A DNA stretch of 64,000 nucleotides from contig CBDCVG010000043.1 of NCBI GenBank assembly GCA_965222765.1, positions 161,053-225,052 on the forward strand, given 5' to 3'. Under the pieces are notes generated by a model, which saw only the letters and a list, made by a program, of their open reading frames with translations, was not told the DNA's origin and did no database searches. Position numbers and translations under genes: made by a program. Source of the stretch: Caldora sp. GTDB taxonomy: Bacteria; Cyanobacteriota; Cyanobacteriia; Cyanobacteriales; Coleofasciculaceae. Below are positions 63,267 to 64,000 of this stretch, piece by piece (the first letter of the stretch is position 1; every line of letters starts with the position of its first letter).

Positions 63267-63719
63267 CTATCGAACATTGTCAAGAGTCTGGAAAAGATAA
63301 GTAACAATCGCCAAAACTTGTTGAGCAAAATCGCGATCGCTTTTGATTGTTTCTTGTTGGAGCATGAAAGAATCTCGGAGTGCGATCGCTTGGCTAAGAA
63401 TATCGTGGTTTTCTAGAGAAATTAAATTGTTTTGGCAAAAAAATTGTAAAAGTTCAGTTGGTGTTTTTGTTTCAAAATCAATTTTGTGCTTTTGTGCCAT
63501 TAAAGGCATAATTGCTTCTAAAATAAAGATTGCTGAAGCAATTGCAGTTTCACAAGCACCAAGTTCGATAATTTCCGCAGCTCGTCCTAAATATTCCCGT
63601 ATGTCTTCTTGAGCACGGCGAGGATAATCATATAAAATGATATCTTCAGCTTTATCCTCAGGCTTTACCAAAGTGTTTAGCAAAGATTTTTCCTGAATAT
63701 TTTCTAGATTTGTTGTCAT
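63267..63719 (-). CDS. Hypothetical protein
   Basis: 150-aa ORF immediately downstream of the rusA-like gene. No confident domain. Confidence 0.35.
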   Translation of the reverse strand: MTTNLENIQEKSLLNTLVKPEDKAEDIILYDYPRRAQEDIREYLGRAAEIIELGACETAIASAIFILEAIMPLMAQKHKIDFETKTPTELLQFFCQNNLISLENHDILSQAIALRDSFMLQQETIKSDRDFAQQVLAIVTYLFQTLDNVR

Positions 63720-63722
63720 GAT

Positions 63723-64000
63723 AAAATCTCCATTCAGATAGAAGACATCTCAACTTTCACAGAAATAAAAGGTTGATTTTCAGTTAATGCTAGCGCAATT
63801 GTGGGGGAAAGATTCTCATTGTCTAAACTGGGATAGAGCAATCGCTTTCTAATAATCAGATCTGTGATTTGGCGATCGTCGATATAGACCAACAGATTTA
63901 AGGCATCCAGAATAGGCTTGGCAATGTTATCAATATCGAGAGGTGTACTCTTATAATAATAAACAATTTCAACTATAACGGCCTCACGACTGGGAATGGT
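63723..64000 (-). CDS. rusA: RusA-family Holliday-junction resolvase (partial; the 5' end lies beyond the window end)
   Basis: ...DIDNIAKPILDALNLLVYIDDRQITDLIIRK... matches the RusA D-x-DN-x-K...D-L...DD-QI signature. Confidence 0.55.

Overview
This window is a 64 kb chromosomal segment from a filamentous (Nostocales-like) cyanobacterium. The evidence is: the HIP1 octamer GCGATCGC is frequent; there are many tandem 7-nt STRR arrays (CATTGGT/TATTGGT, AATTAAG, AGGTTTT, AATTATC, CCCAATT/CTAAATT); and an intact psbA gene with its promoter and terminator is present.

Conserved housekeeping genes found: an acyl-CoA/ACP synthetase, murQ, an M50 protease, ribBA, argC, gatA, thiC with a TPP riboswitch, a PBP4-type D-Ala-D-Ala carboxypeptidase, an RpaB-like OmpR regulator, two histidine-kinase systems (one feeding a REC-GGDEF cyclase), a NarL-type regulator and an Hpt protein.

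Accessory and conflict-related genes are interleaved with them:
- an AT-rich insert with a DUF4041/T5orf172 protein next to two adjacent effector genes (a trypsin-like protease and an FGE-sulfatase) that share an N-terminal adaptor (EAD-like) domain;
- a trypsin-TPR protein and a tail-anchored NB-ARC/TPR STAND ATPase;
- a same-strand block of protoglobin followed by two tandem Roadblock/LC7 + small-GTPase pairs;
- a cassette-like array of structured ~145-bp repeats separating an HNH module from an AT-rich DUF262(ParB-like)-HNH (GmrSD-like) gene;
- a full-length bacterial major vault protein (MVP) homologue immediately next to that array;
- a 113-bp MITE family (TIR plus internal AATTAAG repeats) in three copies, a ~100-bp dispersed element in two copies, and a decayed IS605-family tnpB;
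- remnants of several toxin-antitoxin genes and a partial RusA gene at the right edge.

An unusually large number of genes are interrupted: HpcH aldolase, GST-like, PLD-HhH nuclease, NifS (two frameshifts), Hpt, an RHH antitoxin and a ~1.4 kb decayed ORF. Either the genome is eroding or the assembly has indel errors.

I found no rRNA or tRNA genes and no CRISPR array by eye.
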